Shown: positions 16,991 through 26,845, counted from the first letter of the stretch. The stretch is DNA of 33,415 bases from Anaerolineae bacterium (GCA_029262755.1 JAJCYU010000251.1:1-33415); one strand, 5' to 3'. Notes: a model not told the origin generated them from the sequence alone. Program-made: numbers and translations.

Positions 16991-17428
16991 CCTGCGGATC
17001 GCATGGCGTGGGGGCGAGTCGCGAAGCCCGGGATGGACATTGGACGACAGGACGTGCGAAGGATGCGCTGGAAGAGCCACGCGTAGCGTTTCACCTGACC
17101 CTCTCTTGTTATGTCAATTGCACATTGGGACGTAGCGGTCATCGCAAGCCCAACCTTCGGCGGCCTTGTACGCCTCGTCGGCTGCCGAAGGTCGCACGAG
17201 AGGAGCCGACTTTGGGCCGCCCCGCGTCGGCCATCGACAGAGCGGCCATGGGCGCGCCGCAACGCGACGCCACACGGCCGATTCTCGCGGCTCTCTGCCT
17301 GCGTCGTGTAGGCATTGCCTCGACCCTGTGACGCGAGACGACGTCCCGACAATGAGTAGAGCGATTCGTGCCGTCCCGCCGACCCCGGCAGCCTTATCTG
17401 GCAGCCCATCCCGCCCTGGAGTTATGGA

Positions 17429-20413
17429 ATGTTGTTCTCTGCCCCCTTGGCTCGCACCTTCGTGGTTGTCGGCGTCGTGGTGATCGCCCTGTCTGTATGG
17501 GGCGCTCCGTCCGCAGCGCAGCCTGCAGCGCCGTTTTCCTGGGTCTGGATCGAAGGGGAGGACGCGCAGCGGCATGATTTCAACGGCCACTCTTGGTACT
17601 GCTGTGACGGCGTCCGGGCCGACCTCCTATCACCCGGAATTCCGGAGCAACGGGACGGCGCCTGGCTGGCGCACTATGCGAACGACGGGCAGACCGCGAC
17701 GGCCTCGTGGGATGTGGACGTACCTACGAGCGCCTCGTACACCGTTTGGGCGCGCGTCTCAAGCTGGAACGTCGGCCTGTGGTGGCAGATGGACGGCCAG
17801 ACGCGGCGCGCACACGACGCCGCCGCGGACCCGCGCGAGTACCTGAACCTGCTCGAGCCGGGCCGAATCGACATCCGCTTTCTATCCTGGCAACGGCTGG
17901 GCGATACCGAGTTAGAGGGCGGCGCTCATCAACTAACCCTGGGGCTGGAAGGACATCCGAGCCGCAACGAGGGCCAAGAAGTGCATGGTGGCGTGGACGC
18001 CATCGTGCTGGTCGCCGCAGACGCGCTCTGGGCGCCTTCGGGCGCGATGCAGCCACCCACCGGCAACGAAGCAGCGCCGCAGCGCGATACTTGGTTCCCG
18101 CTCGTACCATCGGACGATCCGTTCTCGGATGCCTCCGTGACCGATGCCGGCGGATTGCTGCATGCGCCGGCCGGTCGACACGGAGCGCTTCGGCCAGACG
18201 GTCGCTCCTTCCGGTTTGAAGACGGCACGCCCGTGAAATTTTGGGGCGTCAACGCGCACCCGCCCGCCACGGAGGAGCTCGCCCAACGCCAGGCTCGTTG
18301 GTTGGTCAAGCAGGGTGTCAACCTCGTCCGCCTCCACCCGGTGCAATCGGTCGTCGGCCTGCTCGAACGCGACCCGGCTACCGGAAACCGGCGGCTGAAT
18401 CCCGAGCACCTCGACAAGCTCGATCGCTGGTTCGCGGTGCTCAAGGAACACGGCATCTACATGACGTGGTCGCCCGTGTATCCGCACATCATCACCGCCG
18501 ATGACGGCTATCCGGTCAACCTCTACAACGAGCTGCAGGATGCCAACACGTGGAATATGCCTCCGGGGACTAGCGGCAAGTCGAGCTCCGGAGTCGTGAA
18601 CGTAATGCGACCCCTTCAAGATGCCGAATGGGCGTGGCTAAAGCCGCTGCTCGAGCACGTCAACCCCTACACGGAGCTGCGCTACGTCGACGATCCGGCG
18701 TTGGCACTCCTAGAGACCCACAACGAGGACTCGATCTTCTGGCATTGGCCGCTCAACAGCTTGCAGGGCGGCGAGTTGCCGGGCCACCTGGCCGCGCTGC
18801 AGGGCATGTGGGCCACGTGGCTCCAAGATCGCTACGCAAGCGACGCCGCGCTGCTGGCCGCTTGGGGACCACCCGGCAGTGGCAGCCGACCGGGCGACGG
18901 CTTGGGCAACGATACGATGGCGATCTACGGCGCCTGGGAGTTCGAAGCAGACGGCCCGCCGCAACATCCGATGGAACAGGCTCGTTTGGGCGATTGGATC
19001 CGCTTCCTTGCCGAGACGCAGGCAGGCTACTTCGCGCGACGCGAAGCGGAGGTACGTGCGCTCGGCTACCGCGGCGTCACTGTGACCACCGCCTGGATGT
19101 CCGGCGGACCCGCTGCTCACCTGGCCAACGTTTGGACCGACGACGTGGCCGAGGCGATCGATCGGCACAGCTACTTCGGAGGTGGCGAGGGCGGGCACAG
19201 CGTGCGGCCGGGCACGGTCAACAACGGTTCACACCTCGGCGCACCGGGCAGCGGCATCTTGCAACGCGGCCTCGAGCAGGTGGAGGACAAGCCCTTCCTG
19301 CTCTCGGAATGGACGCAGTCGCCGCCCAACCAATGGAAGGCGGAGATCGCTCCTTTGTTCGCGTTCTACGGCATGGGTTTGCACGGCTGGGATGCGTCGA
19401 TGCACTTCTCCGCCGATCAAGACGGACGTATGGGCGGTGGATGGCCCGACGAGAATAGCTACGTCTCCGAAACTCCCCACTACGCGGGCCAGTTTCCGGT
19501 TCTCGCGCGCAGCGTCCACCGCGGCGACTTCGACGAAGGGCCGCTCGCTGCCGCACGGCGCTTGGCCGTCGACGACATTTTCCGCGGCGTGGACGCGTTG
19601 ACCCGGGACACGCCATCGGGCGGCTGGGCCGGCGATGCTCCCGGAGGAGCCCTGGCGACGCCGAGAGAGGTCTTCGCGATCGGCCGCACCACGCTCGATA
19701 TCGGCGACGACCTTCCGCGCAGCGAGCGCTTGGACTGGTCGAGCTATTGGGACGAGTCCGCGCGAAGCATCCGCAGCGCAACCGATCAGCTGGAGTGGGA
19801 CTACGGACGCCGCGTGGTCCAGGCGCGTAGCCCGCGCACCCAGGGCGTCATCGGCTGGGCAGGCGCCGACGGTGGGGAAACGTGGTCGCTGCCGGCGCTC
19901 GAGGTCACGGTCCGGACACCCTTCGTGAGCCTGTTGCTGACGAGCCTCGATGATCGCGTGCTTGTAGAGAGCGGACATATCCTGGTCACGGCCCTCGCGC
20001 GCGACCAGCAGACAGGGGCCCGCTACAGCGCGGACGGCTCCCGGCTCGAGGCTCTGGGCGGCCCGCCGCTGCTACTGGAGCCCGTGCAAGCGGATCTCCG
20101 CTTCACCGGTCCGTCCATCACCTCAGCCCATCGCCTTGACATCCACGGTGTGCCCATAGGCGAACCGATTGAACATGACGCGGACTCCGTGACCCTCGAC
20201 GGCCGGTGGGCGAGCTATCAATACGAGATCCGTCGTGACGTGGCGCCGACGGAATCGACGCCGTCCGCATCCCCGGTCCCGAGCCCCATCCCTTCACGCG
20301 AGCCGACCCGTGGTCCGGCGCCCACGGCTTTAGCGACGCAACCGCCCACGGGCGACATGCCTCCGCTGGCTCTGCCTTGGCTTGCTCGAGGCTCGGGGGC
20401 GGCGCTGCGCTAA
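17429..20413 (+). CDS. Secreted glycoside hydrolase, clan GH-A-like TIM barrel (GH5/GH42-like), with N-terminal CBM-like domain and C-terminal Pro/Thr linker plus LPWLARG
   Basis: Signal peptide (..VVVGVVVIALSVWGAPSAAQ); FWGVN, GVNLVRLH, LKEHGIY, HVNPYT..YVDDPA..ETHNE (candidate acid/base), KPFLLSEW (candidate nucleophile). GGAG RBS at 17418-17421. Confidence 0.75.
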   Translation: MLFSAPLARTFVVVGVVVIALSVWGAPSAAQPAAPFSWVWIEGEDAQRHDFNGHSWYCCDGVRADLLSPGIPEQRDGAWLAHYANDGQTATASWDVDVPTSASYTVWARVSSWNVGLWWQMDGQTRRAHDAAADPREYLNLLEPGRIDIRFLSWQRLGDTELEGGAHQLTLGLEGHPSRNEGQEVHGGVDAIVLVAADALWAPSGAMQPPTGNEAAPQRDTWFPLVPSDDPFSDASVTDAGGLLHAPAGRHGALRPDGRSFRFEDGTPVKFWGVNAHPPATEELAQRQARWLVKQGVNLVRLHPVQSVVGLLERDPATGNRRLNPEHLDKLDRWFAVLKEHGIYMTWSPVYPHIITADDGYPVNLYNELQDANTWNMPPGTSGKSSSGVVNVMRPLQDAEWAWLKPLLEHVNPYTELRYVDDPALALLETHNEDSIFWHWPLNSLQGGELPGHLAALQGMWATWLQDRYASDAALLAAWGPPGSGSRPGDGLGNDTMAIYGAWEFEADGPPQHPMEQARLGDWIRFLAETQAGYFARREAEVRALGYRGVTVTTAWMSGGPAAHLANVWTDDVAEAIDRHSYFGGGEGGHSVRPGTVNNGSHLGAPGSGILQRGLEQVEDKPFLLSEWTQSPPNQWKAEIAPLFAFYGMGLHGWDASMHFSADQDGRMGGGWPDENSYVSETPHYAGQFPVLARSVHRGDFDEGPLAAARRLAVDDIFRGVDALTRDTPSGGWAGDAPGGALATPREVFAIGRTTLDIGDDLPRSERLDWSSYWDESARSIRSATDQLEWDYGRRVVQARSPRTQGVIGWAGADGGETWSLPALEVTVRTPFVSLLLTSLDDRVLVESGHILVTALARDQQTGARYSADGSRLEALGGPPLLLEPVQADLRFTGPSITSAHRLDIHGVPIGEPIEHDADSVTLDGRWASYQYEIRRDVAPTESTPSASPVPSPIPSREPTRGPAPTALATQPPTGDMPPLALPWLARGSGAALR

Positions 20414-20447
20414 GGGTGCGCGCTAAGGGCTCGCCCTAAGGTTCGCC
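20405..20447 (+). repeat. Short imperfect tandem repeat (c-g/c-ctaagg) at the GH gene stop
   Basis: gcgctaagggt-gcgcgctaaggg-ctcgccctaaggtt: three ctaagg cores, the first containing the TAA stop. Confidence 0.5.
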
Positions 20448-20535
20448 CAAACATTCGCGGGCGATGGGACTTGTTCGGGGAACCCGGCAAACGCAGAAGG
20501 TCCAAGACCCTACGCGGTGGCCGGGCGCGACCGCG

Positions 20536-21483
20536 TCATGGCTGCGCAGGCGCGGGGAGATCTTCGACAGCGAGAAGCGCATCCACCGCGCGGTGGACGG
20601 TATCGACGTCGAGCCATGACATATCGCGCGGGGACTCCGGCGCTACGACGGATACAGTCGGGCCGCTCGGCGCCCATCGATCCGGCGAGGTCGGGCCGAA
20701 CAGGGCCAAGGTCGGCACGCCGAGTTGCGCGGCGAGGTGTGTCGGCCCGCTATCGTTGCCGACGTAGGCGCGCGCCCCCTGCAACGCCTTGGACAACGCT
20801 CCAAGGCTGGGCGCCACCATCGCGCCGAGATCGTCGCGCCACGTGCGTAGCGCAACATCGCCCCACTGCTGCCATTCTACTTCGCCGAGAATCGGCTGAA
20901 CCACGTGCCCGGACTCGCGCAGTGCTCCCACGAGTTGGGCGAAGTGCGCACGGGGCCAGCGTTTCATCGCGCCACCACTACCTGGATGGATTACGATGGG
21001 GCCACCCTCTGCCGCACGCGAGGTCGCTTCGTCCCGCCCGGAAGCGGGCACCGGATCCACGACGAAATCCTGATCGGCCAGGCACGCCAGATGCCACCGT
21101 GCAACGTGATCCGTCCATTCTTCCGGCGGCCGTGGCGGTACGAACGCGATCTGCGCCTGCGGAGCGAGACGACGGACCGCGTGCGCCCATGCATCATCAC
21201 CACGGCTGACGAAGGACACGATGGAATGGGCGTCGGCCAACGCCGCTTGGAGATCGGAGTCCAGATGATCGAGACCCGGCGCAAAGAGGCGCGCCCAACG
21301 CTCGTGCTGGCCATCCACGGCTTCGACTCCGGGCAGCACGCGTGCGGCAAGCCTTGCCTTGCTCCAGCCGGTGACCGTCCAGGTATGGGTGTCGGTCGCG
21401 ACCGCCTGCTGCCCCAAAGCACGCAAGATTGGCCACGTCAGGACAAAGTCTCCGAGCGCGCTGTCGTGGACCACGATGTGCAT
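20536..21483 (-). CDS. Glycosyltransferase family 9 (heptosyltransferase-like)
   Basis: ALGDFVL, IHPGSGGAMKRWP, YVGNDSGPTHLAAQLGVPTLALFGPTSPDRWAP. AAGGA upstream and an in-frame upstream TAG fix the start. Confidence 0.92.
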   Translation of the reverse strand: MHIVVHDSALGDFVLTWPILRALGQQAVATDTHTWTVTGWSKARLAARVLPGVEAVDGQHERWARLFAPGLDHLDSDLQAALADAHSIVSFVSRGDDAWAHAVRRLAPQAQIAFVPPRPPEEWTDHVARWHLACLADQDFVVDPVPASGRDEATSRAAEGGPIVIHPGSGGAMKRWPRAHFAQLVGALRESGHVVQPILGEVEWQQWGDVALRTWRDDLGAMVAPSLGALSKALQGARAYVGNDSGPTHLAAQLGVPTLALFGPTSPDRWAPSGPTVSVVAPESPRDMSWLDVDTVHRAVDALLAVEDLPAPAQP

Positions 21484-21846
21484 GGCGGTTGCGTCCTTGG
21501 GATGGCAGCGGAAGAAAGACAGGGTGCCAATCTACGGAACGAAGTCGACGTCGAAACCACCAGCACTTCGACCATACGCGACGTGAGCCCCGTGGGGCCA
21601 TCCGCACACGCGGGTGCGCAGAAGAACCGTGACGTTCGTCTACGAAGGCAATCCGCAGACACAAGGCGGATCGGCCAGCGATCCGATCAGGACGATGTCG
21701 AGCTTGCGGCGTAGTCAGGCGGCCGATTGTAGGCCGAGGGTGATGGGCATTCCAATGTGCCTGCCGACCAGCCCGTACAGAGCGCTGGGCCAGCGCCACG
21801 TCGATCGACCGACCTCCGATTGTCGAGAGGGCGGAGGCTGGAGCGC

Positions 21847-24102
21847 CTACGGCTTGCCGGGCGAATCGGGCAGGTCGGGCACGGCGGCAGACGTTGGGAG
21901 TGCGATCTCGATCTGTCGTGCAATCCACGGCATATCCCGGCGGTCGAGCACGCCGGGTGTTGGTCCCTCGCTCTGCGCTCCAGCAGGCATCGTGGCGTCG
22001 AGTTGATCCGGCGCTAGCGGCGCCTGCTGGCTCCACGCAAGCGGGGAGGCGAGACCGAGGCGAGCGCTGATATGTTGCAGATCGTCCAGATCAACGCCGC
22101 CGTCGCGGTCCAAGTCGGTGCAAGGCACGTCGAGTGGGCCGCTCCGCCGGAACCTCGCGGCGACGGCGGAGAGGTCGCCGACGTCGATGCGTCCATCCGC
22201 GTTTACATCGCCCCGGGTCAGGATCGCAGGCGCGATCTGCATACGCTGGCCGGCGCGCAGCGGGATGAGGCCGCCGTCGATGGACAAGCCGCAGGCCATC
22301 GTTGCGGTGATCGGATAGCGGTCGGGAGGCAAGCGGTCGAAGAAGTAGCGACCCGTCGGACCGGTCACGGTGCTGAGCGGTCCGAGGCGAACCACAGCAC
22401 CGCGCACAGGACCTTGGTCGTCAAACAACACGCCGCTGGCGCTCGCGGTATCGCGCGGACAAGGAGCGCTCTTCACACGGGCAGCAACGACCTCCAGCCG
22501 GCGGCATGCGTTCTCGCCCATCGTCACGCCGTCGATCTCGACGAAGCCGCCCAGCATCGCGTCGAGACGTTGGTTGCGTGACGTGACGGTCAGTCCGGGC
22601 GTGCCGTCGCATGCGAGGAGTTGGTATCCGTCGCCGTGACAGTTGTGCAGAGAAGGCACGTATTGCAGCCAACCCGAGGTTGTAAGCTGCGCACGGTTGA
22701 CGGGCGGCAAGGGCAAGCTCGCGAGTAGCAGGCGCCGCGGTTGGCTCACGCCCTCGACAGTGGGGCGATCGGGGAACGAATCCCACACGGCGGTCACGGC
22801 GCCGAGGCCGTCGAGCGCGACGGCCTGACGCCGCGCGTCGATCAGGGCGGGCGCACGGTCGAGGCGCAATGGCTCGTCCGCGAGTCGCTCATCAACCCAG
22901 GCGCCGTATAGGCGTGCGCCCGGATCCCTCGTCTCCCCCCAAGCCACGAACGCGCGGCCGCCGCCACCGCCCAACGCAATGTCCAGCAGCGCACCGCGCG
23001 CCGGGCGATAGCGAATGCGGTCGAGCTCCCACGGGCCGGCATCGTCCGGCCGGCTCGCAACCCGCACCGTTCCGCCATCGCCCTCGTCCACCCATGCCGC
23101 GACGAGGCGCCCTGTGCCGTCCGCCACCACATGCGGTGACCGCTGCAAACCGCCCACGGTTCGCGCTAGAGATTCGTCGGGCCACCACGCATCTCCGCGG
23201 CCGACGTGACTTCCTGCGGGTAGTCGGGCGGCAAAGATTCCGCTGCGCCGGCCACGCGTATCTCGCCAGATCGCGTGAAGATCGCCCGACACGTTCATGG
23301 CCAGGTCGATATCGCGTTGGTCGCCCGGCGCGTGCGCAGCGTGAACAAGAACGGACGGTGTCCACCGACCATCGGGTTCGCGCATAGCGTGGCGTAGATC
23401 GGCGTTTTCACCGCGCAAGTCCGTCCAGGCCGCATGCACCCTCCCCCATGGATCGGCGACCAACGCGGGCTTCCACTGAGGCGCGGCTACGGCGTCGACA
23501 TATTCGGGCTTCGAGAACGAGGATTCGTTGGTTCGCATCACCGCATGAGCAATGGCCGCCCGCTCTAGGAGCGGCAGCTCGAAGAGCACGTGCACGGCGC
23601 CGTCGCTGTCGAGCACAACGACGGGCGCCGCAGCCGGACCGGAGACGACCGTGATGGGTGGCAGCCACGTCCGCGCCCATGGCCGGTGCGCATAGCGAAT
23701 AGAAGCGCCTGGCGCATTCGAGGCAGCCGTCCCGGCCGACCGCTCCTGCCACACGGCGTGCAAGCCGCCCGCATGATCGACCCAGAGATCAACCTCTTCC
23801 TGCCCCCGCCCAGACGCGGACTCGACCAGTGGTTGCGGGAACGACCATCGAGAACTGTCTTGGGCCAGGACTACGGCGCGCTCGTCTGCTTGGAGCGAAC
23901 CGAACAGTGTCGCGGCAAACGAGGCAGCGGCGACCCAGGACCAGAGCGCTCGAGACATGGGGCCGCGTCGCCGCGCCGCGCCGACTCGCGATCGCGAACG
24001 TGACCGTGAATGGGAACGGGATGGGGTACGGGAACGTGAACGGGCTCGACCGGTCATGACCTGGACCGAAGCCAGGATGGGAACCCGCTCTGGATTCGAC
24101 AC
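21847..24102 (-). CDS. Secreted multidomain protein: propeller-like repeats, carboxypeptidase-regulatory-like domain, type I dockerin-like domain
   Basis: Repeats D-x-x-G-x-[LV]-H-[AV]-x-W-x-D; TVTGPTGRYFFDRLPPDRYPITA; paired Ca-binding loops GDVNADGRIDVGD and DLDRDGGVDLDD. GGAGG-5nt-GTG start at 24102 (alternative ATG 23958). Confidence 0.72.
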   Translation of the reverse strand: MSNPERVPILASVQVMTGRARSRSRTPSRSHSRSRSRSRVGAARRRGPMSRALWSWVAAASFAATLFGSLQADERAVVLAQDSSRWSFPQPLVESASGRGQEEVDLWVDHAGGLHAVWQERSAGTAASNAPGASIRYAHRPWARTWLPPITVVSGPAAAPVVVLDSDGAVHVLFELPLLERAAIAHAVMRTNESSFSKPEYVDAVAAPQWKPALVADPWGRVHAAWTDLRGENADLRHAMREPDGRWTPSVLVHAAHAPGDQRDIDLAMNVSGDLHAIWRDTRGRRSGIFAARLPAGSHVGRGDAWWPDESLARTVGGLQRSPHVVADGTGRLVAAWVDEGDGGTVRVASRPDDAGPWELDRIRYRPARGALLDIALGGGGGRAFVAWGETRDPGARLYGAWVDERLADEPLRLDRAPALIDARRQAVALDGLGAVTAVWDSFPDRPTVEGVSQPRRLLLASLPLPPVNRAQLTTSGWLQYVPSLHNCHGDGYQLLACDGTPGLTVTSRNQRLDAMLGGFVEIDGVTMGENACRRLEVVAARVKSAPCPRDTASASGVLFDDQGPVRGAVVRLGPLSTVTGPTGRYFFDRLPPDRYPITATMACGLSIDGGLIPLRAGQRMQIAPAILTRGDVNADGRIDVGDLSAVAARFRRSGPLDVPCTDLDRDGGVDLDDLQHISARLGLASPLAWSQQAPLAPDQLDATMPAGAQSEGPTPGVLDRRDMPWIARQIEIALPTSAAVPDLPDSPGKP
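23982..24048 (-). repeat. Degenerate hexanucleotide repeat encoding an Arg-Ser tract
   Basis: Minus strand CGTTCA-CGTTCC-CGTACC-CCATCC-CGTTCC-CATTCA-CGGTCA-CGTTCG-CGATCG encodes RSRSRTPSRSHSRSRSRSR. Confidence 0.7.
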
Positions 24103-24226
24103 GAAGACCTCCGTGTAGGACATCGGCGAACGCGTATGCTGGCGCAACGTCCTGGCTCAGGTGCGATTCGTGCGGATAGATGGCACGACGTTGTGGGTCT
24201 GCGTGCACCAAAGATGGAGCGAGCCT

Positions 24227-25462
24227 TCACGTACCGGCGTCCGCGAGTGCGTCTCCATAGAGCGGACCGGAGCGTGGTCCCCGCTCTACGAGCGCACGTA
24301 GCGCGTCGTCGTATCGCGGCGCCATCATCGCCCAATCGTAGCTTGCGACCGCGTCGCGCAGGGCGACCCGCGTCGGGTCGAGCGACCAGTCCAGACGCGT
24401 GTCCGGCGCGGATAGGAGGGAGGCGAGTCGTTCGTGCAACGACGATTCGTCGCGCACAAGACAGGCTTCGAGCAACGCGTCGGGCAAGATCTCCGGATAG
24501 CTCAAGCGCCAGGGAGCGACGGGCATGCAGCCACAATAGATGGCCTCGCAGAGGGCAGCGCCGAAAAACTCGTGCCGCGCGGTCGAAACAACGACATCGC
24601 CGCGCCATAGCCAGCGCGCATAATCGCCCCGGCTCTGTGCGTAGCCCCATTGGACAATGCGCGGACCGAGAGCCTCCCGCGCTGCGGCGAAGACGGCGGG
24701 CTCCCGAACGAATTGTTCGCCAAGGATGATCAGCTCGAAGTCGAGATCGCGGGCCGCCAGCGCATGCATTGCGCGAAAGAAGACCTCGGGACCCTTGTCG
24801 TGTTCCCATCTATGGTTCCAGACGATGCGGACGGGGCCGGGGGGACGGGCCTTTGGTCGTGCAGCGTCCAGCACGCGCAGGTCTATGCCCAAGGGTAGGA
24901 CGCTGCTACGGGCGGCGACCGCGTCGGGCGCACCAGGCTCGCGGAAGTCCGGGAATTGCCCCAGGAATCCAGGCAGCGCAGTGAGAAAGCTGTCGCGGTT
25001 GAAGGCGGAGTTCCACCAGACGGCATCCGCGGCGAGACAGGAGCTCAGGTTGGTGAACCCGTAGTGTTCGTCGACGCGCTTGGCTCGGCGCCGGCGGGAA
25101 TCGCTCCAGGCGTCCTCGGCGGGCGGTTCCGGATACGCCAGCTGGTTCTCATGCATGTAGAGCGCGGCAGGGACGTCGGCCAGCCTGGAGCGCGAGAGCG
25201 CGAGGAAGGCGGCGAGATCCAGCATATCGCCGGCAAGCACAACGTCCGGACGGGGACCCTCATCGGAAAGCTGGCGTCGCGCCAAGGTGAGAGCGCCGCC
25301 GTGCATGCGCCACTTCCAAAAGCGGCCGGGCATCGTTGCCCGTTGGATCTCGTGACCGCTGTGGGCGGCGAATCCGTGCAACCACGCAGCGTGTGAGCCC
25401 GTTTCGTAGGGCTCCACGACAAGGACGCGAAGCGTCCTAGGCACGGCGGCAGAGGTAGGCAA
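24227..25462 (-). CDS. DUF3524 / GTDC1 (QTMAN)-like GT4-type glycosyltransferase
   Basis: EPYETGSH..W, PGRFWKWRMHGGA, DMLDLA, YMHENQLAYP, WNSAFN, VWNHRWEHDKGP, HEFFG..CEA. TTG start directly follows the cdaR stop. Confidence 0.88.
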   Translation of the reverse strand: MPTSAAVPRTLRVLVVEPYETGSHAAWLHGFAAHSGHEIQRATMPGRFWKWRMHGGALTLARRQLSDEGPRPDVVLAGDMLDLAAFLALSRSRLADVPAALYMHENQLAYPEPPAEDAWSDSRRRRAKRVDEHYGFTNLSSCLAADAVWWNSAFNRDSFLTALPGFLGQFPDFREPGAPDAVAARSSVLPLGIDLRVLDAARPKARPPGPVRIVWNHRWEHDKGPEVFFRAMHALAARDLDFELIILGEQFVREPAVFAAAREALGPRIVQWGYAQSRGDYARWLWRGDVVVSTARHEFFGAALCEAIYCGCMPVAPWRLSYPEILPDALLEACLVRDESSLHERLASLLSAPDTRLDWSLDPTRVALRDAVASYDWAMMAPRYDDALRALVERGPRSGPLYGDALADAGT

Positions 25463-26845
25463 TCACGGACCCGAGCGCGTTGGGGTCGCCGCAACCGGCG
25501 GAGAAACCGCGGGCGCCCGACCGGGCGTCGGCGTCGGCTCGCTGTTCGGCGTCGGTGTGGGCGTCGGCAGGCGCGTTCCGACGAGCAGCACCTCCACCTG
25601 CTCCGGCGTGATGCTCTCGACGGTCAGACCCTGATCCTCCGGAACCCGCACCAACACGACGAGCCGGTAGGTGCCGGCCGTACGCTCCTCGATGTCTACC
25701 CGCGCCGATAGGTCCGTTGCGCTCAGCTGTTCCAGAACGGGCTGGGAGCCCGTGACCGCGACAAGCACGCGCTGCGGCGAGATCGTCGCGGTGAGACCGG
25801 GTGGTAGTCGTTCGACCACGACATCGAGCGCAAACTCGCTTCGCCCCGGCAAGGCCTCCACGAGCACGGTGACGGTGATCTCGCCCGTCGGCAGACCGTC
25901 GACGCGCAATCCCTCCGGCAAGTCGAGCGGGACGCGGACCTGGCGGGTGGTAGTCATGCCCGTGATATCGAAGATTTGGGCGTTGACAACGCCTTCCGCC
26001 ACGAGGCTCGCCATGCGCTCCCTTGGACCGTATACGGTAACCTCGCGGGGCTCAATCTCGCGCCCGCGAAGCCAGTAGCCGTCGGGGACGCGACCGGTTG
26101 GTGGCGGGACGAGCACGGGTAGGCGCAAGCCCGTCGGGCTGAAGCGCGCGGAGACATCGACGAACGCGGGGAAGGGTGTGAGCGCCGGAACGGGCGTTCC
26201 CGCGGCGTCCAGGGCGGACACCGCAACGTCCGTGTAGCGGCGTGTCACGCCGACGGCCCCCTCGACATCCGGCACGAGTGCGGCCACGCGCTCTACGCGG
26301 GCAAGACTTCGCGCGGGTCCTTGGAGCATGACCGCGTCCGGCGAGACCCGCTCACGTTCCAAGACCATGCCCTGTCCTGCTTGGCCGGCGACCCCGACGC
26401 TCACGCGCAGCGTCTCGGTGACCACCCGGTCGAAGCGTACGAGCACCTGGGGCGGGTCGATGCGCACGATTCGAGCTCCTATCCGGCGGCGCGACGCCCA
26501 CGTACTCGATGGGCTCCATCGCCATTCCACGGGCCGCATCACCGGGCCCGTTGCGGGGTCCACGGACGCGCAATCGGTATAGAGCGTCACATCGTCCGCG
26601 GACATATCCACGAGCCGATCGCCAAGACCCCGCACCGTGAGCACGACCGGCTCCGACGCTCCGATGTAGGCGTCCCATTCGTCCGGAACACCCTCGCAGG
26701 CGATGGCAGCCGCACCACCGCCCGGCAGGAGGTTGATGTCGCTCATCGCGCGTTCGGTATCGTTGCGCACGTACCAAAACAGGAACGCCAGCAGCACCGC
26801 GAGACCGGCTGTGCTCATCCGATCGAATCGACGCGCTTCGTTCAT
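25463..26845 (-). CDS. cdaR: CdaR/YbbR-like regulator of diadenylate cyclase
   Basis: N-terminal TM (AVLLAFLFWYV); repeated YbbR units (P-x-x-V-x-V-x-G: PDAVMLQGP, PREVTVYGP, PQRVLVAVTG). ATGA overlap with cdaA. Confidence 0.85.
   Translation of the reverse strand: MNEARRFDRMSTAGLAVLLAFLFWYVRNDTERAMSDINLLPGGGAAAIACEGVPDEWDAYIGASEPVVLTVRGLGDRLVDMSADDVTLYTDCASVDPATGPVMRPVEWRWSPSSTWASRRRIGARIVRIDPPQVLVRFDRVVTETLRVSVGVAGQAGQGMVLERERVSPDAVMLQGPARSLARVERVAALVPDVEGAVGVTRRYTDVAVSALDAAGTPVPALTPFPAFVDVSARFSPTGLRLPVLVPPPTGRVPDGYWLRGREIEPREVTVYGPRERMASLVAEGVVNAQIFDITGMTTTRQVRVPLDLPEGLRVDGLPTGEITVTVLVEALPGRSEFALDVVVERLPPGLTATISPQRVLVAVTGSQPVLEQLSATDLSARVDIEERTAGTYRLVVLVRVPEDQGLTVESITPEQVEVLLVGTRLPTPTPTPNSEPTPTPGRAPAVSPPVAATPTRSGP

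Noticed and set aside
14528..17080. Long antisense ORFs opposite acnA, and similar shadow ORFs elsewhere
   Set aside because: Expected artefacts of high-GC codon bias; no motifs and they fully overlap well-supported genes.
24181..24194. Sigma54-like TGGCAC...TTG motif
   Set aside because: The -24/-12 spacing is one base short and it points away from any plausible gene.
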